A DNA stretch of 64,000 nt from Felis catus (taxonomy: Eukaryota), in the NCBI RefSeq assembly GCF_018350175.1, contig NC_058373.1:101372001-101436000 (forward strand), in the 5' to 3' direction. Below are positions 47,951-60,690 of this stretch, piece by piece (the first letter of the stretch is position 1; each line of letters opens with the position of its first letter). A program made the translations under genes and the position numbers. Below the pieces are notes generated by a model. The model did not search any database, was not told the origin of the DNA, and saw only the letters and a program-made list of their open reading frames with translations.

Positions 47951-48572
47951 AGACCAGAGTAGAGTTATACATTTGCAAAGTGTAACTATAATTATTTGGC
48001 ACCAAATTTTGGAATTCATAGTTCATGGACCTAAAATTCACTTCAAATTCACTATTCAACCTGTAAATAGGGAAGCTTGGTTTTGGTAGGGACAGGTTCT
48101 TCACTGCTTTGTGTTTTTCACTTAGAATTTCCCTGGTCCTCTAAAGCTCTCCAGCCTTGGACATTGTTCCTGTGCTGTGCCCACATTCCATTGGCACAGG
48201 CATGGAATGGTATGCTTGGAATGTCTCCACCCTCCAAAATATTTTTGGATCAAGCTTATCCCTTTTCCCTGAAAAACCTCTGTTGAACAGCATTTGCTTC
48301 ACTGACTTTTATATTTTTGTATATTTTTGAATGTGGGCCAAATCATGAAAACTCCAGGGCCCCAGTCTACTGTTAAAAAGCTCTATTAACCCTCTGACAT
48401 CAACAGAATTCCCACAGAAGGAGAGCAAACCTGGAATCCTCCACTTGGGGTACAGACAGTCTCTCTGTTCTGTTGTTTTTACCTGCAGGCTCCTTTTCTA
48501 CTTGATCTTGAATCTAGAAATTGGCTCAGAGAGGTCTCATCTAATTACCACTAGATATTTAAAAATAATAAT

Positions 48573-48727
48573 GGGGTACCGGGATGGCTCAGTAAGTTAA
48601 GCATCCAACTCTTGATTTCAGCTCAAGTCACCATCTCACGGTTCATGAGTTCAAGCCCTGCATTGTGTGTGCTGACAGTGCCTGCTTGGTATTCTCTCTC
48701 CCTCTCTCTCTGCCCCTCCTCCACTAG

Positions 48728-48763
<36 letters not shown>

Positions 48764-48790
48764 ATAAATAAATAAACTTACAAAAAAATA
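48573..48790 (+). mobile_element. Older CanSINE
   Basis: GGGTACCGGGATGGCTCAGTAAGTTAAGCATCCAACTCTTGATTTCAGCTCA...(CT)n-AATAAA; TSD AATAATAATG. Confidence 0.9.
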
Positions 48791-48994
48791 AATAATAATG
48801 ACTTTCTTCTGAAGTTGCCTCTTGATAGGTTCTTCCCCTGCTGCTAAATGACAATCTCAACAAAAGGCTAAAACTTAAGAGACTGCACGGAAGACTGCAT
48901 TTTTTTCCAAGGAAATATATACCAGGGCACTTAGTGGGTGTTTTTTGGCTTGTAACAATAATTGGCCTTGTTTTTAATCATATGAACACTATAT

Positions 48995-49145
48995 AATGTG
49001 TTGTTATTGTGTACCAACTACCAGGCTAAGAGTGCCGCATACGTTACATCACTTAACCGCCATAACAATCACAGGAGATAAGTACCAATATCCCGATTTT
49101 GGTCGCATGAAAATTTGGGTCACAAAAGTAGTATGTGGCATAGCA
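48995..49145 (-). mobile_element. MIR fragment
   Basis: TTACATCACTTAACCGCCATAACAATCACAGGAGATAAGTACCAATATCCCGATTTT...GGTCACAAAAGTAGTATGTGGCA. Confidence 0.55.
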
Positions 49146-50771
49146 TGATTCTTTCTATTGCCATAGTGAATTTTAAAAAATGACAGTGAAAAGATTTTAA
49201 GTATCTTCAAGAAAACTGTAATTAAAATGAAAATTAAGTGGGTTTGCTAATACAACTATGATGGCAACATATTTGAGGGCCAGTTAAGTGGGTAGGGAGA
49301 CTCTGGGAAAAAATTCCTCTTAAAATCTTGTTGGCATTTAAGTGACATTTTGGTGAAACACCACGGAAACATCTGGTCATATCCTCTCAACCCTAATTTC
49401 TTCCCTAAATGTTGTTTTTAATATGTCACAGTTGTTAAATTTGTAACAAGTAATGCCCTTGAGACTAAACAACAGTGCCTGGTATGTGAAAAATGAACAA
49501 TACATTTACAGGAGGAAAAACCCAAAGGAAATTTTAAATAAACATTTAATTGAGTACAAATAGTCTGAAAGTTATTTTGATGGAACTTGCCCAATCTGTG
49601 TGCTGACATTAGCAGCAGGATGTTCTAAATAAACTTTGTTAAAACAAATGTAGTCTTCTTCAGTTGTGACATAACTGATCAGATTCAGTTCTTCTGAGGG
49701 ATTATGGCTGGGGAAGGAACACTTGCTGCTTGGAAGGGAATTCTCCATTCACAGTATCAGAACAAATGCATAACCACCAAAACACCAGGAAGAATGGAGC
49801 TAGGGATTTGGATGTTGTACAATGGCTTCAAAGTAGACAACCAAAAGTAGAAAAACAACCAGCAACCACCAATGTTTGTGAATCGGTCAGTTAGCCAAGG
49901 TCCATGGGCCTGATTCACTTCCTCTCTAACTCTAAAAGGATTTTTCCTCCTAGATAAAACCCTGCATATTTGAATCTAATCCAACATATGTACTTGGTCT
50001 CAGGCTATATTTTGCTCTTGCTGTATTTTAGTTGTGTGCAATGGAAAGTCTTACAAAGAATCTACAACGAGAAAAAGAATCAGAACGTGGATTGTATTCA
50101 GGCAATTAGTAATGCAGTTGAGAACGAGGGACTGTGTATGTCATCCAGCCAATTATTTGAAAACAACTATCTTTCAGTTTCATGCGTTGACTCTTCTGCA
50201 TATGGATAGACAGATGCTATTCAGCAGAAATGTTTTCCCTCTGATATGGAATCCCCAAAGAAACCATATTGACTTTGATGTGATTCAGAGATTGTGTCAT
50301 TCATCAACATGGTTTTAAAGAATGTTAGCAACCTTAGGGTTGGTTCAACCTGAAAATAAACACAGATGGTTCTTGGGAGAACAAACTATTTTCCGTTGCA
50401 GATTTAACCATACATGTAATGGAATATATATCCTTTGTATTTAGTGCCACATTTGATTACATTAAAGCAGTTGGAACAAATATGAGTCACACTTTTTTCC
50501 TAATATGACAAATATACAACTTAACCCCTCCTATTTTTATTTTATTTTATTTTAGGCATTTTTAAGACATACAGAAAAGCTGCATATATATTATAAAGAA
50601 CTTTTTATTCCTGAGTCACTTGGAGTAAATTGCTGGCATAACTTTTCATTACCCCTGAATAATATAGTATGTGCTTCTACAAACAATGACATGAAAAGCA
50701 GGAAATTAACACTGACATATTATTAGAATGTACCTCAGTTTTAACAGTTGCCCCAACAATGTGCTTTATAG

Positions 50772-50942
50772 CACAAGCCCTAATGAGTATCAGAATCAAT
50801 GGAAGGTCTTAGATTATTGGGTCCCAAACCCAGGCCTGCTGATTCAGTAGGTTTGGCATGGGGTCCAAAGTTTTGTATTTCTAACCAAGTTTCCAGGTGG
50901 TGGTGAAGCTCTGGTCTTGAAATTATACTTTGAGAACCACTG
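50772..50942. mobile_element. MER5A MITE with an 8-bp hAT TSD
   Basis: GATTCAGTAGGTTTGG...ATTTCTAACCAAGTTTCCAGGTG...ACTTTGAGAACCACTG. TSD CTTTATAG at 50764-50771 and 50943-50950. Confidence 0.85.
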
Positions 50943-51932
50943 CTTTATAGCAAAAAAAAAAAAATGCAATTTGAAATCACATGTAGTATTTAACCATCAT
51001 TTCTGTTTAGTCTCCTTTAATATAGAGACTATTTCTCAGTTGTTTCCTGACTTATGTGATCTTGACATTCTGGAAGAGCACAGGCCAGCTATTCCTTAGA
51101 CTATCCTTCAATATGGGTTTTCCCCCCATGTTTCCTCATGATTAGATTCAGGTTACGACTTTTGGCAAGAATATATCACAGAAATTTTCATCTTATTGCA
51201 ATCTTTTGGGTGGCACATAATTTAAGTTGTCTCATTACTGGTGTTATTAACTTTGATAACTTGATTAAGGTAGTGCTTGCCAGGATCCTCCACTGTAAAG
51301 TTATTCTTTTTCCTTTTGTAATTAAAAATTACTTTGTGGGGAGATACTTTGACACTAAGTAAATATCCTGTCTTTCATCAAATGTTAACCATATTCCTAG
51401 CATCCGCTGATGTTTCTGGCTTGAATTGATTACTATGACAGTTGCCAAATGGTGTGCTTCTAATTCTGTCATTCTTTCTATGTTTATTAGTTGTTGCTTT
51501 AGAATTTTCTCTTCTGCCTATTTATGTATTCATTATTCATCAGTATGGACTTGCTGAATTCCTGTTTTATTTAATGGGTCATAATCCACTATTACTATTT
51601 ATTCTGATCCTCAAATTGTCCCAGAGTTAGCCAGTAGGAGCCCTTTCAAGCTGACTTCCATGTCCTTTCTTTATGTCCCAGCATCTCTTGAACATTCTTT
51701 ACTTCCTGATGTCAAAAAATGTTCCAGGCTCCTCTGCCCAACCAGTAATCAATCATTTATTTACTCAAAGAGACTTGGTTGCTTTTAATGGAGAATAGTA
51801 CTTAAAAGCCAAGATCCAGGTCCAAGATGTATCGTTTACTATTGGGGTGCTACTGCTCCCAGTTCCTTAGTAGACAGAGCTAGGAAATAGATGTATGTGT
51901 ATACATACATGCTCACAAACAAAACACAGAAT

Positions 51933-51933
51933 T

Positions 51934-51980
<47 letters not shown>
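51933..51980 (+). repeat. (TTTA)n microsatellite
   Basis: About 12 units read directly. Confidence 0.95.
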
Positions 51981-52058
51981 TATTATCAAAATGTACATAT
52001 ATACACATAGATTTATATCTATGTACCTATATTTAACTCTATATATTGCAAATGATGA

Positions 52059-52280
52059 GGGGCGCCTGGGTGGCTCAGTCGGTTAAGTATCCAACTTCAG
52101 CTCAGGTCACGATCTCATGATTCGTGAGTTCGAGCCCGGCGTTGGGCTCTGTGCTAACAGCTCAGAGCCTGGAGCTTTAGATTTAGATTCTGTGCCTCCC
52201 TCTCCCTGCCCCTCCCTCACTCATGCTGTCTCTCTCTCTTTCTCAAAAATAAACATACAAAAAAATTAAAAAAAAAAAGA
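52059..52280 (+). mobile_element. Felid CanSINE
   Basis: TSD AAATGATGA at 52050-52058 and 52281-52289. Confidence 0.95.
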
Positions 52281-52857
52281 AAATGATGAATCCCCACCTG
52301 TATCTCCAAATCCAATCAAATATCACGAGTCAATCTAGCTTTTCTCTTCTCTATATTTGTAACTTCTTTAATAATTCTCAATATTTTTTACTTAATTGAT
52401 AAATCCTCTATATGTAACCAATCTTCCCATTCAACCAGATCGGTAAGTTACTAATTATTAAAGAATAACTGAATTTGCAGGAGATTTTTGTATACCCAAG
52501 GAAAACCAGGCTGGCATTTTTTTGGTGGCTTCTTGATCATCTTACCCCAGCATCACCCAGCTGTAGTCCTGTCCTAGGCAACTCAAAAAATTAACTTAGT
52601 GACAATACAAAAAGTTACATGCTTTGAAGTCTGAGCTGTCTGGAGTTAATTCTACTCATACTCAGCAGATTACAGAGGTTCTCCATTGTCTTCAGGGTCA
52701 AATCATGGAGTTGGATATGATCTCCCAAGCTTAACCTACCTTTAAAGTTTAAAAGCTTACATTCCTTTCTGTAACCACCCCTCATCCACCCACCCACCCA
52801 ACAGGAGTAACTGCTGCCAAGCAGACCCTCCAGAGCTCCTGGGAGGAGCCTTCGGTT

Positions 52858-53402
52858 AAACATGAAAGACTGAACCCATGCATTTACCTCCTATTCTACC
52901 TCAAACCTCATCAAAATAAAATGGGGCAGGGGGAGCATAAATTGAGACAAACAGAACAGAGGGGGGAGACAGCTGCAACAAAATTTTAGAAGAAATGGGA
53001 GATACTAATGTCTCTGAACTTGGAGGTGGAAGACAAACTTGAAAAGAGAATTCATTGAAAGATTCTATGAGAAGTTAGACTCAGACCACCTTTTCCTATT
53101 CTTTGCTGCAGGCAGCAAGCAGTCTTTTCCCCCATTTGAGCAGAAAGCAAGAACAGAGAACTTTCTTGTCAAGCAAATGGACCAGAGAGATGCAGATTCA
53201 GGAATGACAGACAAAGCTGAGGGAGGTTGTGCCCTATTGAAAATAGGGGGATGAAGTGAAAGTCTAACTGCTGAATGGTGAAAATTTTCGCCCAGCTCCA
53301 CATACTCAAACATATACCCTCTCCCCACATGACTCTCAGAACCCTGCAAATCAGGCTTATATACCCCAGCAAAAAGATGAGATTCATCTTTGGGGAAACA
53401 GA
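52858..53402 (+). mobile_element. Ancient L1ME/HAL1-like 5' region
   Basis: AACATGAAAGACTGAACCCATGCATTTACCTCC...GGAGACAGCTGCAACAAAATTTTAGAAG resembles old L1 5' ends. Confidence 0.4.
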
Positions 53403-53407
53403 CCATC

Positions 53408-53926
53408 TGCTATAGACTAAATGTGTCTCTCCATAATTCAGATATTGAAATCCTAAACCCAGTGAGATAGTATTTGTAGGTAGGGCATTTCGGGGTGGTT
53501 AGGTCATAAGGGCAGAGCCCTCACAAATGGGGTTAGTGCTCTTATTAGAGAAACCCCAGAGCTCCTTCACCCTTTCTGCCATGTGAGAACACAGTGAGAA
53601 GACAGCCATCCAGAAACTAGGCAGTGGGCCCTCACCAAACAAAGAATTTGCCAGCACCTTGATCTTGGTTCCAGAGTGTGAGAAATAAATTTCTGTTGTT
53701 TATAAGCCACGCAGTCTATGGCATTTTTTTTTAAAGATACGGTATTTTTGCTGTAGCAACCAAAGTGGACTAAGACAGAAATTGGTACTGAGAAAGAAGT
53801 AGGGTGCTACTATAACAAATACCCAAATATGTGAAGTGGCTTTAAAATTGGGTAATGGGTAGAGGCTGGAAGAATTTTGAAGGGCATGCTAGAAAAAGCC
53901 TACATTGCCATGAATGGACTAAGATA
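53408..53926 (+). mobile_element. Collapsed MLT1A provirus: 5' LTR, ~135 bp of internal sequence and the last 12 bp of the 3' LTR
   Basis: LTR 53408-53777 ends TGGACTAAGACA. The internal start GAAATTGGTACTGAGAA...AGAGGCTGGAAGAATTTTGA follows, then a second LTR end TGGACTAAGATA. TSD CCATC at 53403-53407 and 53927-53931. Confidence 0.88.
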
Positions 53927-54929
53927 CCATCCCACGAGGAAAGATCCTAAAATTCTGACAGTTGGGTATTCCCTAATGAAATGACTAAGCCAGATCATTC
54001 CAAACCCAAACGCACCATTTAACAGCACACTGGCTTTCCTCCTACCGCTATCTTAGCTCTGAGTGGGCAGGAAATAAAAGAAACTTCAAATCTCATGGGA
54101 GAAGGCATGGCAAAGCTGTTTGTTTGGGATTCCCTTTGCAAAGTTCACTGTGCCCCCTGCAGCAGGGTCTCTCTTCAAGGAAAATCTGTGTGGGGCTCTC
54201 CTATACCTCCTTTACTTTTACCACAGTCCTTGCAGTGATTGATCTCACACAGCTACAGTGAAAGCAAAGGCCGACTCCCAAACTTAGTCCTCCTCATTCA
54301 AAAGCCAGCTTCAAGGGCCAGATGAATGAATAAACAGCTTGTCTTATTTTATCAGTAAATGCCAAGAGGCATCATTACTTTAGCAGCACCCAAAGGTGCA
54401 CAGTTTATATATATAATATTTAACATACATCAGTTACCTACGACTCTGTTGACAACAGACTCCAATATAATGTACCTTGTGCAAGGGTAAGAAGTAAAAA
54501 GAGTAAAACCATCTCATTTTGGCAGAAAAATAGGGACAGATACTCATGGAAGAACAAAAGGAGGAATAAGATTGCAGGTGGATGTCAGCTGCACCTGTTT
54601 ATCCTAGAAATACTGACAGCTGTCTTCCCATAGCCACTCTGATTTAAAGGACTCTTGTTCTACTTTTGTCCTAACAAGGAGATGAGTACATTAAGCTACA
54701 TTTGTACCTGCTTATTATATTCTCTACAAGCTGGGTCAACTGATTCTCATCAGGAATTCTGAATGGAGAGTCACTGAGAAGCTGAGTCAGGGAGCTGTGG
54801 GTAGTTGGAGGTAATGTCCTATAGAGTCATATTGGAGGCACAGGAGACGTTACATTAAACTCGTGCCATGATCTAGTCAAATTTTTGGAGAAGCCCCTCT
54901 TCTTCCATCACCAGTTTATCTAAACAGGA

Positions 54930-55100
54930 TGAGCTTTGGATCAAAAATATCTGGGTACAAATCCTAGCTCAGCCTCTTGCTAGCATGCCTATCTCAGTTT
55001 CCTAATTAATAAAACATACAGACTAAGACTTACTTTTCAGGGCTACTGCACCAAGCAAAACTGATAATGTGAGTAAAGCACAGGCATTCAATAAACATGT
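54930..55100 (+). mobile_element. MIR
   Basis: CTGGGTACAAATCCTAGCTCAGCCTCTTGCTAGC...CTCAGTTTCCT...GATAATGTGAGTAAAGCAC. Confidence 0.7.
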
Positions 55101-55299
55101 ATTTTCCTTTCTTTAAGCCTAAGTCATCTCCTTCTCCATCAGTGTCTGACTCCTGAGTTCCTCCTGGTCTGTTCTTGTCAGTCACTAAAATCAAGGTCTG
55201 CAGTAGATGACCTGCTCTTTTCTAACTCACAGCCTGCTGGGATAAGAGCAGGTACCTTGCTGAATGGCACTTACACTGGACCATACATCCTGACTTTAT

Positions 55300-55430
55300 A
55301 TGTTCATTCACTGAGTCTAAAAATATTTGTGGGTCACCTACTATGGGCTACATAGTAGGCAGGTGCTAGGGATTGTGGTGTGAACTGAACAGACAAGATC
55401 CTCCCCCTCATAAAGCATATCTTCCAGGGT
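55300..55430 (-). mobile_element. L2 3' tail
   Basis: TTCATTCAC...AAATATTTGTGGGTCACCTACTATGGGC...GGTGCTAGGGAT...ACAGACAAGATCCTCCCCCTCAT. Confidence 0.7.
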
Positions 55431-56077
55431 GATTCTCTGGGATCATTTTAATTTTATATACTCTGCCCTGTGGTTCTCTTCAGCACATTTTTACTTTAGG
55501 CTCTTTATTTTTACTTTTACTTCACACTTTTACTCTAGGCAAGCCTATTTGTAGCTTAGACCATATGGTCTCCATACCCTGAGGTGACAGAAAGTCTGAA
55601 GCAGCGGATGGTCTGAGAGCTAGATCCCGGGTAGTCTCTACACCTTAAGTAGACCCACAGGTCCACTGGAGACCCAGAACACAGCTTGAGGGCATTAGGT
55701 ACATCTTTAAGAGAGAGGAGTGCACCAAGAGGGAAACCGGGCACATGCTGACAACAAAGTTTCCTACTTACAGAATTTACAGGAGTCTACCTTTAGAGCT
55801 GCTTCCATACGTGTCTTCTGGTAGCCTCTGATCATCCACACATCCCAGATTTCCCAGAGGTGAAGGAGAACATCTGCTTCTTAATGTGGACTCTCAAGTG
55901 GTCCCAACAGCTGAGTTTCCCAGCAGCAAAATAATGCAAAAGAGAATAGTGCTTTCTTACTGAATCATACTCATAGGGAGAGACCCAAAGGTGAGGTGGG
56001 GTATGTCTAAAGCTCAGAGTGGTGAATTTCAGTGAACATATATAAAAATGAAGAGGACAAGTCAGGTCAGCATTGGT

Positions 56078-56157
56078 TGGATGTTACTTCTGTTTGGAGC
56101 AGTCTCGGTGATGCTGACTGGATGTTACTTCTGTTTGGAGCAGTCTCAGTGATGCTG
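56078..56157. repeat. Tandem duplication, period 41 bp, two copies
   Basis: TGGATGTTACTTCTGTTTGGAGCAGTCTC(G/A)GTGATGCTG at 56078-56116 and 56119-56157. Confidence 0.95.
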
Positions 56158-57368
56158 GGCTTTCTCTCCCATTCTTACAATCAAAAAGGGTCCTGTGACC
56201 ATAGGTTTCTTAGTTGCAAGTGTCAGAAACTTGACTTAAAAGGCATCAGAATCATAATGCTCACTGCAGAGTGGTCCCTTGCTCATGATATATGTGGCCT
56301 TTCATGTGATTAAACTGAATGCCTGACACCCCACCTAAAGTACCTGCTTTGGAAGTCTGTTTTAGGAGATAGAAGATATGATTCTAAAAGCTGCCCATTG
56401 CCACCAACAGGATACCCATACTTTCATGTTTGCTTGTGAGTTTTAAAGAGCATTCACAAGGGTTTTTATTTTGCAGGTGAGTAGCTGATTGTAAAGAATT
56501 ATTAAACGTTCTAGAATTTCAGGGTCACTCAATTAAGGTCTCACTAGCATTATAACGAAGACAAACACAAACAGTGTCCAGAAGGAAAGACTCAGGTAGG
56601 CCTACAAAACAAAGGTTGGAAATGCAGGCAAAATAGAATAGGAGTTAAGAACTCCTGGCATTAAACAAGAGTCAGTTTAAGTTAATACTAAGATTATTTT
56701 TATTCCTTGTCATCATGCAGTTTTATGGGATGAAATGCTTACCAATTGCCCCAGAATTTCTCCTGGAGATTCTGAGGCTCTTCTGTGGCTTTTTCCAGGG
56801 TCTCCCTAATTAGAGCCTGGCCTGAAGACGAATAGGAAGCACTTCTTTGGTTCATCCAGGCTTGATGTAACAACACATCATAAACTTATCATCAGACTGC
56901 CTGTGGCCTTTCCCACAGACATGAAAAGGATGTACCTTGGAACTAGTTTCTTTAGAAGACCCCATGCCCATTCACACTCTCCATTTCCTAACAGTTTTTT
57001 CCAGACCTTGTACAAACAGGAAACCAGAGTAAAGTCATTATTAGAGAACAGGTCAATAGATGCTTGTTAGGACAAATAGTACCTTGCAATCCATATGCAA
57101 AATGAAGAAGGGCGATAAAGCAATCATAGGATGATTCGAAAATACTCCCCTTCTACTCTCCTAGGAAAAAAAACTTCCTATATAGGAAAATATGGGATGA
57201 AATATTTTAATGAAGTCTGTGGCCTGAATTATCCAGGCACATGCTTCCCCTATTGTAGTTTGCATGGGTAGACACCTGCATGAGAATAAATCCAAACTAT
57301 CACAAAGTTACCTTAAAATCATGTGCTTCCATTTCCTTGGATCTCAAAGCTAATGAATGATGCTAAAA

Positions 57369-57520
57369 CAATGGTTCTCAAAGTTGGTCCCACACAAGCA
57401 GCATCATATCACCTAGGAATCTGTCAGAATTGCTCACTCTGGGACCCGCTCCCCACCCTAAACCTACTGAATGAGAAATTCTGGGGGTGTGGCCAGGAAT
57501 CTGTGTTTATGGAGCCTGCA
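57369..57520. mobile_element. MER5A MITE
   Basis: CAATGGTTCTCAAAGTTGGTCCC...AGCAGCATCATATCACCTAGGAA...ACCTACTGAATGAGAAATTCTGGGGGTG. Confidence 0.8.
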
Positions 57521-60500
57521 GACAAACTAGTGACAGATCAGGCCTAGCATCACTCATAACAATGCTTTTTCTTTCAAAATTGACTCCATTTGTGCTGACC
57601 CTACCTAATAGTTTTGTTCTTTAGCTTTGTTTTGTTTTTCCTAACAAAGGAAAGATCTGAGTGAGGGAAGTCAACACTGTGGAGGACGTGTGACCTAGGG
57701 GTTGTTAGGCCCCTCTGGTTTTCCCTTTGTTTCACCCCTTCTATTCCAGTGAGTAACAAGCATTTGCGTTTGAGAAACTGACTTGCTTTTTAATTTATTT
57801 TTCGTTCTAATTCTTGTGCAGTGGATTTCTTGAAACATTATATTCCCTCTCTATTGGACATGATGAGTCTTCTGATCTGCTCACACTTGAGTTCTTCCTT
57901 GGTGAAAGCTATCTTTGTTGGGAATCTGGACAATTCATCTCTCCAGAGGCTCCAAGGCCACTGGAAGAATTCTGGCTCAGGCCCAGGTGGCAGGGTGCAT
58001 ACCAGTGTAATGTTGTTTCTTGCCACCAGTTTCTTGTAAAGTCTACATTTGTAACAACACGGCCAGTGCTTCAAGTTGGCTTGTGTCCCCCAGGATACAC
58101 AAATGACTGTTTGTAAAGGAATACTCCTTGGAAAGATCACTTTGAAGGCTCCATTTAAAAGCAACAACTTAAAATGACAAGAAAAATTTAAAGCTGCTTT
58201 ATTTTGAAGGAATTCCAAAATTAAACATTGTAAAGTTCTTCAAGAATTCTGTTGTTGAAAATATTTTCTCTCATCAAAAATGCAAAACCTTCTGGAGGAA
58301 ATGATACTCTGAGTTTTCTAGCACAAATCAATGCCAAATGAAGGCCATAAACCATGTTTTGTTATGCATTTGGCACCGTCTCCAAATATCTTGAACAAAC
58401 AACGTCACTGTGCTTCAGACCCACAAACCCTTACTTCTCTGGAAATTTATGATTGTCCGTTACAGGCAAGTAGAAATGCTGGGGATTAGCAAGTCTGGGC
58501 TAGGGTGGAAGGAGAAACAAATAAATTATGAAAAACAGAAATAATTTGAATATTCCAAGCATTTGTTTTCTCAAGCCACTCCTTGGGAAAGCCATTCTTG
58601 CCTTATCGATGTGCTCAAAGGAAACTGGCCTTGGTTTTGATTATCAGTCTCAGACTGATGAAAGTGTTCAGAGCTGGCTTTGGCAGGGATCGTGTTGGGA
58701 GGGCAAGAGGGAGTAGGACAAGGGCCCTACGAATCCCAATAGTGGGAAAAATTAAGAATTCTAGGCACCAGATCCCATGCCTTTGTCAGAATGCATGTCA
58801 CTTTACAGTGTGATTGCCATTTCTAAATAAACACTAGCTTCCCTGTTGGTGGAGCTTTATTGGAAAAGACCATAGCCATGGGTTCCAGCCCTGTAGAATA
58901 ATACACTTTTGTGGCTATTTCTATGGTCAAGAAATCAAAGGCCCTGTATATGACCCATTTCCCAACACAAGTTCGATTTGGAGTCACAGGTTAAAAAAAA
59001 ATGGTGTTTAGAAATGTAAGCATCAAGGAAGCAACACTCCGTATCACCCAAGTATATAACCAAAAAAAGTCTAAAATTGACTTATTTCTGACCTTTGCTC
59101 AAAAGAAACCTAATTCACAGGGAAGTATTTTTAAAGTAATTATCTCGGTAATTATAATATAAAAACCTGACTTGAAAACTTTAATAATGCTACATTCACT
59201 TTCTTTTGCCTATAATGCATGTGGCTACCTCTCTTCCAGGGATGTGCAAATTGAGTAATGGTTTGCGAATAGTTTTGTCCAAGCACAAATCATTGCTGAA
59301 TACTACTTCTCCCACCTGAACCTGAATTTGAACCCAGGCCGGAACGCTGGGCAATCCTGGAGGTACTGTTAAGAATTGGCATGGCACCATCGGCATGCAG
59401 TGTTGTTCTTCTGTATGCCTGGGCATGGTTTGAGCTGGGGGTTTTCTTTCTTTTGAAAGAAAAATATGTCCTTTATACACTATTTTTGCACTGCAGCTCT
59501 ACATCCAGAAAACTGTGAGATGTTCTAAGGTCTGCCCTTTTGGCAAACCCCTGCCCCCAGCAAGTGGGTCCACAGTTATAATTGCAAGGACATTAAAAAT
59601 AGAATTATGGGCAAAAAGTGAACAAAAGTATTGGCTGAGGCTTATGGATTTCATTTGAGGCTTAGTGTGGCACTTTAATTTTCCATTAAACTTTCCTTTT
59701 AGGAATTACTTAGCTAAACATATCCAGGTTGTCTTCGGTGCTTAATATTATTACTTCTTGGTACTTAATGCTACTGACAATTAACAGAAACGACTAGCCT
59801 CATCCTTAGAAGTCATTGAAACTTGAAAGAAGTAGGGTTTTTTTTCCTTGTCATTCATATTAAATATATAAATTTGATTTGAAAAGCTCTTCGCCTTCTG
59901 AGAGCACTAAGAAACCAATCAGTGCATTCTCTGATTTGTTGACTTCTTTCATATTCACTTATTCATTCAGTCACTCAGCAAATATATAAGAAACAACTAC
60001 TATCCAAATGTTTTCAAGGAATCATTCAAAATCAAGATCTACTAATAAAACCTTGCTAGAAAGACAATGTTCGTACTTTGCACAATGAAGTTCTGACCTA
60101 TTAGAAATAAAAAGGATTATTCTTGGTCTCAACACAGACTCCATGAAGGTATGATAAATGTGGATGCAAATACTCATGGCCTTTACCATGTACTTTTTGA
60201 TCAATATCAAACTCTCTTTATTTCAGATAGCCAGATTAACAGATCGATCCTTAAAATTATCATAGGTAGGAGTTGATTAAATTCCCATTTCATTTCAAAG
60301 AAATATTACCTTGTTACTACTTCTACAGGTTTTGCAATAGAGAATCTTTTGAAATGACAAAAGCAGCTGTTGGTTAGGTTTTCCTGGTATCCTTGTAATA
60401 AATTCTCAAGAACATATACTAAAGCCAATGTGGATGCCATATATATTCACTGCATAGGACTAAATCTATCAAATACCTCTAGTAACTAGCAATAAAAATT

Positions 60501-60559
60501 CTGTTGTGGTGCCTTTAATCAATCTGGAAGTGCTTACAGTTTTCTGAAACTTTCTGATT

Positions 60560-60690
60560 CAGACAGTATTTTTAACAAATATATACCAAGGATGTTCTAT
60601 AGGCCAGGCATTATAGTAGGCCCTGAGGATCTAATTCCAAACTAAACAACCATTCTCTCTGCCTTCATAGGACTTGGAATTCTAAGGCTT
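60560..60690 (-). mobile_element. L2 3' tail
   Basis: TTAACAAATATA...CTATAGGCCAGGCATTATAGTAGGCCCTGAGGAT...CTCTGCCTTCATAGGACTT. Confidence 0.55.

Larger units (their letters stand above)
50530..52430 (-). mobile_element. L1MC4/5-like 3' UTR, interrupted by MER5A and a SINE
   Basis: CAGGAAATTAACACTGAC, TTAACTTTGATAACTTGATTAAGGTAGTG...CTCCACTGTAAAGTTA and CTCAAATTGTCCCAGAGTTAGCCAGTAGGAGCCCTTTCAAGCTG are typical reverse L1MC 3' segments. Confidence 0.8.

Noticed and set aside
49970..50318. Overlapping 79- and 94-aa ORFs as a coding exon
   Set aside because: No recognisable protein similarity, non-ATG starts and no clear donor site.
56078..56157. CRISPR-like repeat
   Set aside because: Only two adjacent copies with no spacer, in mammalian DNA; a simple tandem duplication.
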